This document shows positions 8,087-16,367 of a stretch of 29,552 bases of DNA, in pieces (position 1 is the stretch's first letter; the number at the start of each line of letters is the position of its first letter). Source of the stretch: a virus; the IMG/VR virus record IMGVR_UViG_3300008452_005759. The stretch is one strand, 5' to 3'. A program made the position numbers and the translations under genes. The notes beneath the pieces were generated by a model, which was not told the origin of the DNA, did not search any database, and saw only the letters and a list, made by a program, of their open reading frames with translations.

Positions 8087-8230
8087 CTATGCATCTTTTA
8101 ATCCTTCCATTAATTGCTTTTAATCTTCGTATTAAAAACAAAAATACAAGGACTCGTTACATGATGGATATAGCTAATTATGGTTTAACAAATTCTATTA
8201 TCCACTCAAACAATTTAATTGGAGAACTAC

Positions 8231-8491
8231 ATGAATCTCAAACAAAAGAAAGAGAACCTATCTCTCAAAATCAATAACTCTCTTGAGGATTATTATTTTG
8301 ATGTCCAGTCAATGGGCTCTCCTTCTGCACTAGATGAATCCCAATTAGCAAAGCTTGTTACTAAGCTTGCTGTCGGTGTTGCCACCGTATGGTGGACTGC
8401 TTTAGAGTTGAAGGATTATATAAAACTTCGAAAAGCCCACTCAGAATTTGAGGAAAGTATTAATGACTTCTTATCCAGAAAAGATTCCTAA
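8231..8491 (+). CDS. Hypothetical protein
   Basis: ATG 8231 inside the 8219 ORF, upstream GGAG. Confidence 0.6.
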   Translation: MNLKQKKENLSLKINNSLEDYYFDVQSMGSPSALDESQLAKLVTKLAVGVATVWWTALELKDYIKLRKAHSEFEESINDFLSRKDS

Positions 8492-8867
8492 GTCTGCTTC
8501 TCAGCAGATGAAGAACTTTTATTTTAATCTAGATTCTTCTAAGATTGTAAAATCAGATCTTGAAAATCAAATATCTAATCTTGATGATCGCATCAATAAA
8601 ATTGTTGATCATTTTACTTTAGATGATATTCCAATTATTCGTTTTATTTTAGGACAAAGCCACGACAAGGAAGAGCTTAAAAAACTTTCTAAAGCCTTAG
8701 ATCGTGTTGCTGATCTTGTTGAAGTAAAAGACAAACTGATAGAGAAACTTCAAGTTATTAAAACAGCAGAGAAAGATCCGAACTGGTTCGCTCTTACATT
8801 TGGTGACTTCTCTATTGATGTTGACCTTGAACTAGACAATATTTTATACGGAGATACAAATGACTGA
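8466..8867 (+). CDS. Helical hypothetical protein, translationally coupled to the E2-like gene
   Basis: ORF; stop overlaps start of 8860 CDS by 8 nt. Confidence 0.65.
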   Translation, partial: TSYPEKIPKSASQQMKNFYFNLDSSKIVKSDLENQISNLDDRINKIVDHFTLDDIPIIRFILGQSHDKEELKKLSKALDRVADLVEVKDKLIEKLQVIKTAEKDPNWFALTFGDFSIDVDLELDNILYGDTND

Positions 8868-10680
8868 TACATTTAATTATGCTTTTGTTAAGAATGAAGA
8901 AGGAAACTTTTCTGTTCGGTCTACAGTTAAATCTTTTAATTTAGATCACGTTACAGATAAAGATATTATTTCTTTTTATCATTCTTTTTCTAGCTATGCT
9001 TCTTTTGACACCGGCCTTCTTCCTTTGAATGGAACTGGTGTATTAGCTATTCGCACTGCTGGTCCTCACACTCAGGTCGTCACTCAGCATGCCCCTGGCA
9101 TGTATTATGTTAACTGGGGTGCACATGAAAGAGACTCATCTGCAAAAGCATATTATGTAGCTCAGCCATACCGTATTGTTATTGGTGATTTTGAAAATGG
9201 CAATCTTCTCGGTGCCAGAATGTTTTACTCACCTTTTCCAATTACTTCTCCTAGCAACATACTTTATCACGTAAACCTTCCTAACATTAACTGTAAGGGT
9301 TACCGTGGAAATGGTGTTGGTTGGATCTGCTTGTATCACACAGATGATTGGTCATCTCTTCCTTTTAATGAAAAGGTTGCTCGCTTTGTTGAGCGTTGTT
9401 CTGGCGTAGAAACATACAACGATGCTAACATGTCTGAGACTGATGGTCCTCGTTTTTATGCTGCGCACGGCAAGCCTGAATATATAACTAATCCTGCTTC
9501 TTGGCAGCAAAAGTCAGAAGAAGGATTTGTTTGGACATTAGATGACGATTTGTGGATTCCTGTTCTTGTTAAAGATATGGACCACCAAGACAGGCACTAT
9601 GAAGATGGCGAGCCATTGACTTTAGCTATGGCAATGCTTGGCAACTATCAGGCTTATTACACTGATAAAAACATTCCCAAGATGTACAATGTTATTTCTC
9701 GTAGCGATCTTTCTTTGAGTAATTCTAATATTGCTGACTTTATTAAGCGTTCTTTTGCTTCTGCTCCTGTTGTTTATCAGCACCAAACAAAAGACGATCC
9801 GTATGCATTTACTGTAAACCATCGTCAGCAAAATGGTTCTCCTGTTTTAAATCCTAATATTTTTATTTCAAACGATGAATCAGATCACATTACTTGTGCT
9901 GATTGCGAAGAGCTTTATCAGTCAGATGATATTAACTACACTGCTTATGATTCTCCTGTTTGTGAAAATTGCCTTCATGAGAATTACATTTTCATAGAGA
10001 GTGCTGATAAGTGGTATTACACAAGCGATGATGACCTTGTTTACTCAGAAATTGATGATTGTTATTATCATGGCGATTATGACCAAATAACTCTTTGTCA
10101 TTCTTGTGATAATTATTTTGGTACTCCCGGAAATATTCACAATACCCAAGAAAAACATCTTTCCAAGATTTATTGGGACCAATCCAAGAATCATATTTGC
10201 ATAGACTGTTTTAACGACATTGTTAATCCTCCTGTACCATTTGAAGATGATCCTTCTATCGTTACTTCGCAATGCGTTGGATGTAGCAAAAAAGTAATAA
10301 CCAATACTGGTTGGTCTTCTGTTTACCCAGAATTTAAAGCTCTTACTTATGATTCTGATTCTATGTCCATGGTTCCAAGTTCTCTTTATGCATGCCCCAG
10401 CTGTGCACCAAAGTACTATGTTTGCCCATGTGGTTTAGTTAAAGATAACTCTGAAATTAATGGACCTTGCACTCCTACTACATTTGATCTTGATGATAAA
10501 ACTCTTACTGTAAATTCTTGTTGTCAGTCTTGTCTTGGCAACGCGACAGAGCAAGATGGTTTTATCGTCATGAAGTATGTACCGTTCAGTGAAGATTCTT
10601 TTAATAAGGTCTTGAACAGTCCTATCATTAATCATGTAGCTGGTGTTTCTATCACCATAAAAGACACTGATGTCTTTTAA
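8860..10680 (+). CDS. Putative E2-like (UBC/PRTRC-B-like) protein fused to multiple treble-clef/RING-like zinc fingers, 606 aa
   Basis: N-terminal core ILYHVNLPNINCKGYRGNGVGWICLYHTDDWSSLPFNEKV resembles E2 'YHPNIN..G.ICL...W'; C-terminal CADC/CENC/CHSC/CIDC/CVGC/CPSC/CPC/CCQSC clusters. Confidence 0.62.
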   Translation: MTDTFNYAFVKNEEGNFSVRSTVKSFNLDHVTDKDIISFYHSFSSYASFDTGLLPLNGTGVLAIRTAGPHTQVVTQHAPGMYYVNWGAHERDSSAKAYYVAQPYRIVIGDFENGNLLGARMFYSPFPITSPSNILYHVNLPNINCKGYRGNGVGWICLYHTDDWSSLPFNEKVARFVERCSGVETYNDANMSETDGPRFYAAHGKPEYITNPASWQQKSEEGFVWTLDDDLWIPVLVKDMDHQDRHYEDGEPLTLAMAMLGNYQAYYTDKNIPKMYNVISRSDLSLSNSNIADFIKRSFASAPVVYQHQTKDDPYAFTVNHRQQNGSPVLNPNIFISNDESDHITCADCEELYQSDDINYTAYDSPVCENCLHENYIFIESADKWYYTSDDDLVYSEIDDCYYHGDYDQITLCHSCDNYFGTPGNIHNTQEKHLSKIYWDQSKNHICIDCFNDIVNPPVPFEDDPSIVTSQCVGCSKKVITNTGWSSVYPEFKALTYDSDSMSMVPSSLYACPSCAPKYYVCPCGLVKDNSEINGPCTPTTFDLDDKTLTVNSCCQSCLGNATEQDGFIVMKYVPFSEDSFNKVLNSPIINHVAGVSITIKDTDVF

Positions 10681-10712
10681 TTTAAATACAAAATAATAAC
10701 CAATTCAATTTA

Positions 10713-12431
10713 TTGGAGAAATATATGAATACCGAAGATATCACTTATGATGATACTAAACTAGAAGATTTGAATTTCTTCTGGACTAAGTCTGGTGTGC
10801 CTTGTTTTATGGCAGATCGAGACAACATGGAAGAAATTATTGAAAACCTTGGTTTTAATATTTATTACATGATTTGCAATACCGCTGTTGATCGCAAGAT
10901 TGAAACTAAGAATGTTGGATATAACTCTGCACCTACTTCCACTACAACAACTTGGGTTACAGATCTTTCAACAAATATTGTAAAGGTTGTTAACAACTTT
11001 GTTGGCCGTTCTGTTTCTATTGTAAAAGACGAAGACCTTTATGATTTTGAAATTACTCGCGAAACAGCTGAGTATACTCTTCCTCCAATTCCTCACGATA
11101 TTGTTATAAAGCTTGACGAGTTTTTCCGTTTGGTTGATGCTCAGCATGGGACTGAGTCCATTGTTCTTTTGACTTTTGATCCTGAATTTGAAGGAAGACC
11201 TGAAGGTTGGGGCGTCCTTGTTCCAGAGCAAGTAAACACTTCTGTTCACTGTAAGTATGACTCTGAAAGCATTGTTGACCAAAAGCCTGATCATGTTATG
11301 ATTGTTGGTTCAGTTCACAGTCATCCTAACATGGCAGCTTATGCTTCTGGTACTGACCACGCAGATCAGGCTGACTTTGACGGCATCCATATTACTTATG
11401 GTTGGCAAAAGTCCGTAAATGGCGGAGCTACTCAGTATCACATTGAAATGCAGATTGGCGGAAACGCTTGGACTCTTAAGCCTGAAGATGTTTTTGAAGA
11501 TTTTGTTTTTACTAAAGAGCCAGATCCCGATGTGATTGAATGGTCTCAAAAAGTAAAAAAAGCACACCCCCCTACGGGGGGAGCTCACAACAAAACTTCA
11601 ACGCTTCCGCAGTCCACTCAAGCCCAAACGACAACCACGCAGGCGCAGGTCTCTACTCCAGTTGGGGCTACTACTAGTACTAGATTTCGTTCGATAGGTG
11701 ATCCTAGATTTCAAGAGTATCCTAACGAAATTTTTGATGCTGCTGCTAGGTCTGGCGATGCTATGTTTATAGTTGAGCTTGATTATGCTCATACTGATTT
11801 GTTCTGCTATGCTTGCGCTAATGTCATTGTTGACTTTGATTTGTTTGACCAAGTATGTCCTGTTTGCGATATAATGTTCTGCGATGCTAAAGACGGAATA
11901 TCATCTATTCTTTCTGGTGCAGCAGAGTATCTCCGAATTCGCAATAAATCTACTAACATAGATTATTATCTTTGGTCTATGGATTCAGAAGGTAAAGAGA
12001 CATTTTCTAAAATAGCCAACAAGTCTTTTGATTCTGATAGCAAAGAAGTTCCTTTCTCAATTTTGCAATCTGATGATGAGTATCCAGTAAGCGATAATAT
12101 TGATGAGTATTATTATTCTGGATTTTCAGAGAAGAGAACTGTCTGCTGCAATATTGACATTAAAGATATTGAACTTTGTAAGTGCGAAAATACAGTAATA
12201 TACGACGACATTTTAGATTTTGATGTCGCTCATCCATATGATGTTTACAGTCGAAATGACTCTTGTATACATTGTCAGTATTATTACTCTAGAGAGTGCA
12301 CACCTTATTACACTTCTATCATAGAATTTGTAAAAACAAGAAGACCGATGGAATCGTCAATTCAACCCTGTTCAGATTGGGTTGAGCATCGTGATGATAC
12401 CTATCTCGAAAAAGGATATTTATATGACTGA
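10713..12431 (+). CDS. JAMM/Mpr1-Pad1-domain metallopeptidase (deubiquitinase-like) with C-terminal zinc fingers, 572 aa
   Basis: HSHPNMAAYASGTD matches the JAMM signature HxHPx6SxxD, same spacing as Rpn11 HSHPGFGCWLSGVD; LFCYACANVIVDFDLFDQVCPVCDIMFC and CCNIDIKDIELCKC...CIHC downstream; GGAG RBS. Confidence 0.9.
   Translation: MEKYMNTEDITYDDTKLEDLNFFWTKSGVPCFMADRDNMEEIIENLGFNIYYMICNTAVDRKIETKNVGYNSAPTSTTTTWVTDLSTNIVKVVNNFVGRSVSIVKDEDLYDFEITRETAEYTLPPIPHDIVIKLDEFFRLVDAQHGTESIVLLTFDPEFEGRPEGWGVLVPEQVNTSVHCKYDSESIVDQKPDHVMIVGSVHSHPNMAAYASGTDHADQADFDGIHITYGWQKSVNGGATQYHIEMQIGGNAWTLKPEDVFEDFVFTKEPDPDVIEWSQKVKKAHPPTGGAHNKTSTLPQSTQAQTTTTQAQVSTPVGATTSTRFRSIGDPRFQEYPNEIFDAAARSGDAMFIVELDYAHTDLFCYACANVIVDFDLFDQVCPVCDIMFCDAKDGISSILSGAAEYLRIRNKSTNIDYYLWSMDSEGKETFSKIANKSFDSDSKEVPFSILQSDDEYPVSDNIDEYYYSGFSEKRTVCCNIDIKDIELCKCENTVIYDDILDFDVAHPYDVYSRNDSCIHCQYYYSRECTPYYTSIIEFVKTRRPMESSIQPCSDWVEHRDDTYLEKGYLYD
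11567..11581 (+). other. GC-rich hairpin inside JAMM gene linker
   Basis: CCCCCC-TAC-GGGGGG in an otherwise AT-rich CDS. Confidence 0.7.
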
Positions 12432-13173
12432 ACCTAAAAGAATAGTTCTTGTTGGAGCAGGTGGCATTGGCACTTGGCTTGCTGAGGGCGTAGTTAGAAT
12501 GCTGGAATGGAAGTTTCCAGGTTCTGCTTTGATTATTGTCGACGGAGATAATTATGAGGCTAAGAACTTAGAGCGTCAAAACTTTAGCCAGATGGGTAAT
12601 AAAGCATCTGTTAAAGCATTAGAGCTTTCCAAGCAATTTACTAATACAATGATTATTCCCATTCCAAAGTGGGTTGTATCAGATGATCATCGTGATACAG
12701 ATGAAGATTCAAACAAAATAAAAGCATCTGAGTTGATAACAGAAGGAGACGTAGTCTTGGCTGTTGTTGACAATTTTGCTGCTCGTAAAATTTTGTTTGA
12801 CGCAGCATCAAAGATCGACAATATCGATGTATTTACCGGTGGCAATGATGATAACCTGTTTGGCAGTGTTTATCATTATCGTCGGCGTGATGGACACGAT
12901 ATAACTTCTCATCCTGTAGAGACACATCCAGAGTACCAAAGTCCACCTGATAGAAATCCAGGTGAAATGTCTTGTCAGGAGAGAGCAGAAGTAGAAGGCG
13001 GAACACAGATTCTTGCTACCAACATGGCTGTTGCAGCCCTTCTACTCGGTCGTATTCAGCACACAATTGTGTCTGAACAAAATCCAGAACAGTCGGAGAT
13101 CTACTTTGATCTTGGGCTGGGAATGGCTCAACCTTTCAATCGTATGGTTGAAAGTCTAGTAAACATATCATAA
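12424..13173 (+). CDS. ThiF/E1-like Ub-activating enzyme
   Basis: MTEPKRIVLVGAGGIGTWLAEG, VDGDNYEAKNLERQNF, VVDNFAARK, GEMSCQERAEVEGGTQ; preferred start ATG 12424 overlaps the JAMM gene stop by 8 nt, with AAAGGA upstream. Confidence 0.9.
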   Translation: MTEPKRIVLVGAGGIGTWLAEGVVRMLEWKFPGSALIIVDGDNYEAKNLERQNFSQMGNKASVKALELSKQFTNTMIIPIPKWVVSDDHRDTDEDSNKIKASELITEGDVVLAVVDNFAARKILFDAASKIDNIDVFTGGNDDNLFGSVYHYRRRDGHDITSHPVETHPEYQSPPDRNPGEMSCQERAEVEGGTQILATNMAVAALLLGRIQHTIVSEQNPEQSEIYFDLGLGMAQPFNRMVESLVNIS

Positions 13174-13190
13174 CAACCAGGAGTAATCTC

Positions 13191-13442
13191 ATGGAACTTA
13201 ATTCACAGTCCAACAATACAGCATCTTCGTCTGGTGTAGCAAACGTCCGTTACGGCGTCTACAACCAGCCTGCTCCAGTTTCTGGCAAGACAATTGGCCA
13301 GGTTCGCGAGCAGTTCAGCAAGCTTTGGGGCATTAGCTCAGACGCAATTGCCTACAAGGGCAAGGACAAGCTCGACGAGAACTATGTCATTCAGGCTAAT
13401 GACAACATCGAGTTCCACCGTCGCGCAGGCGAAAAGGGCTGA
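13191..13442 (+). CDS. Ubiquitin-like protein (PRTRC-C-like beta-grasp), 83 aa
   Basis: VRYGVYNQPAPVSGKTIGQVREQFSKLWGISSDAIAYKGKDKLDENYVIQANDNIEFHRRAGEKG: beta-grasp size and pattern, Gly-rich C-terminus, next to E1/JAMM/E2-like genes; GGAG RBS. Confidence 0.85.
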   Translation: MELNSQSNNTASSSGVANVRYGVYNQPAPVSGKTIGQVREQFSKLWGISSDAIAYKGKDKLDENYVIQANDNIEFHRRAGEKG

Positions 13443-13458
13443 TTTAACCTTTCTTCAT

Positions 13459-13502
13459 GGGGGGGACACCGACTTCGGTTTGTGTCCCCCCCACCTTTTT
13501 TT
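13459..13502 (+). terminator. Strong rho-independent terminator after the UBL gene
   Basis: GGGGGGGACAC 13459-13469/GTGTCCCCCCC 13482-13492 plus inner pairs closing a TTCG tetraloop, followed by CACC and 7 T. Confidence 0.92.
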
Positions 13503-13539
13503 AAAAGGCTATAATTTATTCTATACTATTGGAGACGCA

Positions 13540-15141
13540 GTGCTTTTCAATCAAATACAATTGGGTTTCCCAGCAATCTGGGTAAAGACCTTAGATTCAT
13601 ATCGACTAGAAGAAAATATACTTGCTTTAGATAAGCGTACATATTTTACAATTAACAAAGACGGCTTTAGCCAATTTGTTGACAATCAATGGAAGCCTGT
13701 TCTTGTAGCAATTGATAGTCCCGAAGACAGTAATCAGAAAATCTATAAGACTACTTCTGATATTTCTTTAGCATTCGATTACATGCTAAACACAGATTCT
13801 TTAAAGTCTGTTCAAAAAACTTTCATCAATCATTTTCTTGGTGATCCTGCGAACTTCTTTATGATGTTCGGTGGTCTTATTTCTTCACTACATTCTGAAT
13901 ATCGAACATCTTTTAAGACTGATAACTTGGAATCGATGCCTCTTCAGATGATAGTTATTTCTCATTTAGATCCTCCAGAGCAGATAGCTCATTTATTCCA
14001 TGTTGCAGAAGAGTCTTATCCAAACATGGAAGAGCTTAAATCTATCCTTTACCATATACATACTTCAACTAACGGCGAAGTCATTAATCCAGAGCTTGCA
14101 GATGAAATCGCAAAAGCTGGTCTTGGACTTAGCGAGTCTAAGTTTGTTAACTTGTGTCTTCTTTCTGTTCTTGAAAAAGGCACAGTTGATTCATCTTTTA
14201 TCTATGGAGAAAAGATGGCTAACGTTAAGAAGAATGGAATTCTCGAGATTATAAAGCCTAAGACCACTTTTGATAATATTGGTGGTCTTGACAACATTAA
14301 GAATGTTATTTTTAATAATCTTTATTTTTGGAACAATCCCCAAGAAGCAGAGAAGTTTGGCATTCAGCCTATCCGTCGCATTCTTACCGTTGGCATTCCT
14401 GGTACCGGTAAGTCTGCTATTTGTGAGGCTACTGCCAATGCGTTAGGTTTGGATCTTGCACGTACTGGCGTTAGCCAAGTTATGAATTCTTTCATTGGCC
14501 AGTCAGAACAGAATATGCGTGCCGTTTTCCAGCAAATTAAAGTTATGGCTCCATTGTGTGTTTGGATTGACGAGTTCGGTCGTGATATGTCTGGTGGTCA
14601 GAGTTCTTCTCATGTTGACGGTGGCACAACTGACCGTGTTCATGGTGAGTTTCTAACTGGTCTACAGGAACTTCCTGACAATGTATTCTTGATGTGTGCT
14701 GCTAACCAACTCAATCATCTTAAGCCAGAGATGCTTCGTGCAGAACGTTTCGACAAGATCTTCTTTGTTGGTTTACCTTCTTTTGAAGAGCGTGTTGAAA
14801 TTGTCAAGATTTATCTCCCTGAAGATACTTTTAATTATGAGGCTATTGCTAAAGCCACTAAGTATTTTACTGGTGCAGAGATAAAGTCCCTTATTAAAGA
14901 AGTTAAATTTAATATTGTAAGCTCTGAGCGTCGCTATCTTAATACTAAAGATGTTATTACTGCTGCTCCCAACATGCGTAACATTCTTTGGAATAAAGAA
15001 AGAGAAATGATTAAAGATCTCTATAGGCATGCCTATGAGAACTGGGACTGGGCTTCCAGCTTTCAATATAATGAAATAGATGATATACTAGGTAATTCTA
15101 AGTCTATCCAAAAAGATTCAGTTTGGTCAGTGAAAGGTTAG
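13540..15141 (+). CDS. Ycf46-like AAA+ ATPase, 533 aa
   Basis: Walker A VGIPGTGKSAICEA, Walker B APLCVWIDEFGRDMSGG, DGGTTDRVHGEFLTGLQEL, MLRAERFDKIFFVGLP. GTG 13540 with GGAG 5 nt upstream is preferred over the tracked TTG 13294, which runs through the UBL gene and terminator. Confidence 0.88.
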   Translation: MLFNQIQLGFPAIWVKTLDSYRLEENILALDKRTYFTINKDGFSQFVDNQWKPVLVAIDSPEDSNQKIYKTTSDISLAFDYMLNTDSLKSVQKTFINHFLGDPANFFMMFGGLISSLHSEYRTSFKTDNLESMPLQMIVISHLDPPEQIAHLFHVAEESYPNMEELKSILYHIHTSTNGEVINPELADEIAKAGLGLSESKFVNLCLLSVLEKGTVDSSFIYGEKMANVKKNGILEIIKPKTTFDNIGGLDNIKNVIFNNLYFWNNPQEAEKFGIQPIRRILTVGIPGTGKSAICEATANALGLDLARTGVSQVMNSFIGQSEQNMRAVFQQIKVMAPLCVWIDEFGRDMSGGQSSSHVDGGTTDRVHGEFLTGLQELPDNVFLMCAANQLNHLKPEMLRAERFDKIFFVGLPSFEERVEIVKIYLPEDTFNYEAIAKATKYFTGAEIKSLIKEVKFNIVSSERRYLNTKDVITAAPNMRNILWNKEREMIKDLYRHAYENWDWASSFQYNEIDDILGNSKSIQKDSVWSVKG

Positions 15142-15146
15142 TAAAC

Positions 15147-15764
15147 ATGTCATTTAATGATGAACTAAACGAAATACTAGATGGTTTTGGTGCAGATACT
15201 ACTTCTGATGATAAACCTAAGTATTCAAATAATTTATACAAGAAGTGGTTTCGCTCAAAAAGTCAGAGCGGATTCCTTTCTATTCGTCCTTGGTTTCAAG
15301 GAATGAAGTTTAATATTGACATTGGCAAAACTTCTGCTGATGGTAAACTTGAAAGTTCTACCAACTGTTTTGTTGATGCAGTAGATTTTGCTGCATATAC
15401 TAAAGCTATTGTTCATAATGTTGCTGTTCACAATTTTCCTGCAAACGAAAGATTAGGAATTTCTACTCCTGAGTCTTTTGTTTCCTATGGTGGCGGCAAT
15501 ATTAATGGTCAACCAGTTAGTAGGATCTTTAAAGCTCAATACTGGCAGTCGGGTGATAATGTTGACTCTTCTGCTTTTATTTGGAAGACTGGACATTTTA
15601 AAGCTCGCAAGTCTGATACTGGCGCTTTTATTCCAGATATGAAGTCTCCAATATCTGTTGATTCTATTAAAGTAACCAGACAAGATATTGTTACCATATC
15701 TTATCTTCTTGACCTTTCTCTTACTTCTCACGTCTCAAACAATGTTGATTGGTATGAAATCTAA
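15147..15764 (+). CDS. Hypothetical protein, 205 aa
   Basis: ATG 15147 just after the AAA+ stop. Confidence 0.75.
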   Translation: MSFNDELNEILDGFGADTTSDDKPKYSNNLYKKWFRSKSQSGFLSIRPWFQGMKFNIDIGKTSADGKLESSTNCFVDAVDFAAYTKAIVHNVAVHNFPANERLGISTPESFVSYGGGNINGQPVSRIFKAQYWQSGDNVDSSAFIWKTGHFKARKSDTGAFIPDMKSPISVDSIKVTRQDIVTISYLLDLSLTSHVSNNVDWYEI

Positions 15765-16165
15765 TGTCTGATGATAACAAGGAAAACCAAGAAGATCTTT
15801 TTCTATTTGGAGATGTTACTGATTTTGATCTTTTTAAAGCTCAAGTTCAAACTATCTTTATTACACTTTCCAATGAAATTGAAAAAAGATTAAAAGAAAA
15901 AGACGAGCAGATTGAAAAGATACAAGAACAATTCGCTTTGTTATTTGCTGGCTATGCAGAGCAAGCTTCTGTAATAGAGAATATTCTTGTTACCTTTTTA
16001 TCAGACGATCCAGAAAAAGAAAAAAGATTTAGAGAGAATTTATCTGAATCTAGAAAACAGTTTCTGGAAATGCTAAAAGAAGGAGCTGAAGATGTATTGG
16101 CTAGAGAAGATCCAAACCTTGCCGCAGCCGTTACCGACGTGGTTGACAAAAAGCTATCTAACTGA
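15764..16165 (+). CDS. Coiled-coil hypothetical protein
   Basis: 1-nt stop/start overlap; EIEKRLKEKDEQIEKIQEQF. Confidence 0.7.
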   Translation: MSDDNKENQEDLFLFGDVTDFDLFKAQVQTIFITLSNEIEKRLKEKDEQIEKIQEQFALLFAGYAEQASVIENILVTFLSDDPEKEKRFRENLSESRKQFLEMLKEGAEDVLAREDPNLAAAVTDVVDKKLSN

Positions 16166-16367
16166 ACCAGTAAATAATACTTCTGTTTTATTTGTTCAAA
16201 AAGAATATCTTACATATCTATCCAATACTTATTATCTGTCTCAGATATACTCATTAGCTAAAGACATGCATTCTGATATTCTGTCTTTGCATCTGTCCTC
16301 TTTGTCTTTTTATGATCTATTAAAAGACAACAAAATCCAATTTGAATCAGTTCAGGTAAACTTATGA
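16143..16367 (+). CDS. Hypothetical protein (start uncertain; TTG 16143 is one option, tracked start is 16092)
   Basis: ORF between coupled genes. Confidence 0.45.
   Translation: MTKSYLTEPVNNTSVLFVQKEYLTYLSNTYYLSQIYSLAKDMHSDILSLHLSSLSFYDLLKDNKIQFESVQVNL

Noticed and set aside
9622-10635. Minus-strand ORFs opposite the E2-like gene
   Set aside because: Antisense shadows of a well-supported + strand CDS.
8860-10680. Virion structural role for the 606-aa protein because of its size
   Set aside because: The CxxC arrays, E2-like signature and neighbours (JAMM, E1, UBL) favour an enzyme; however virion proteomics would be needed to exclude a structural role.
10968-11852. Minus-strand ORFs opposite the JAMM gene
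   Set aside because: Antisense shadows; no RBS or recognisable domain.
13191-13442. UBL as Pup (prokaryotic ubiquitin-like protein)
   Set aside because: Pup ends GGQ/GGE, is disordered and uses PafA, not an E1; this protein ends GEKG beside a ThiF gene.
13294-13539. N-terminal extension of the AAA+ ORF (TTG start at 13294)
   Set aside because: It reads through the UBL gene in another frame and through the terminator hairpin; GTG 13540 with GGAG is far more plausible.
14000-15066. Additional ORFs within the AAA+ gene on both strands
   Set aside because: Overlap the conserved ATPase motifs; spurious.
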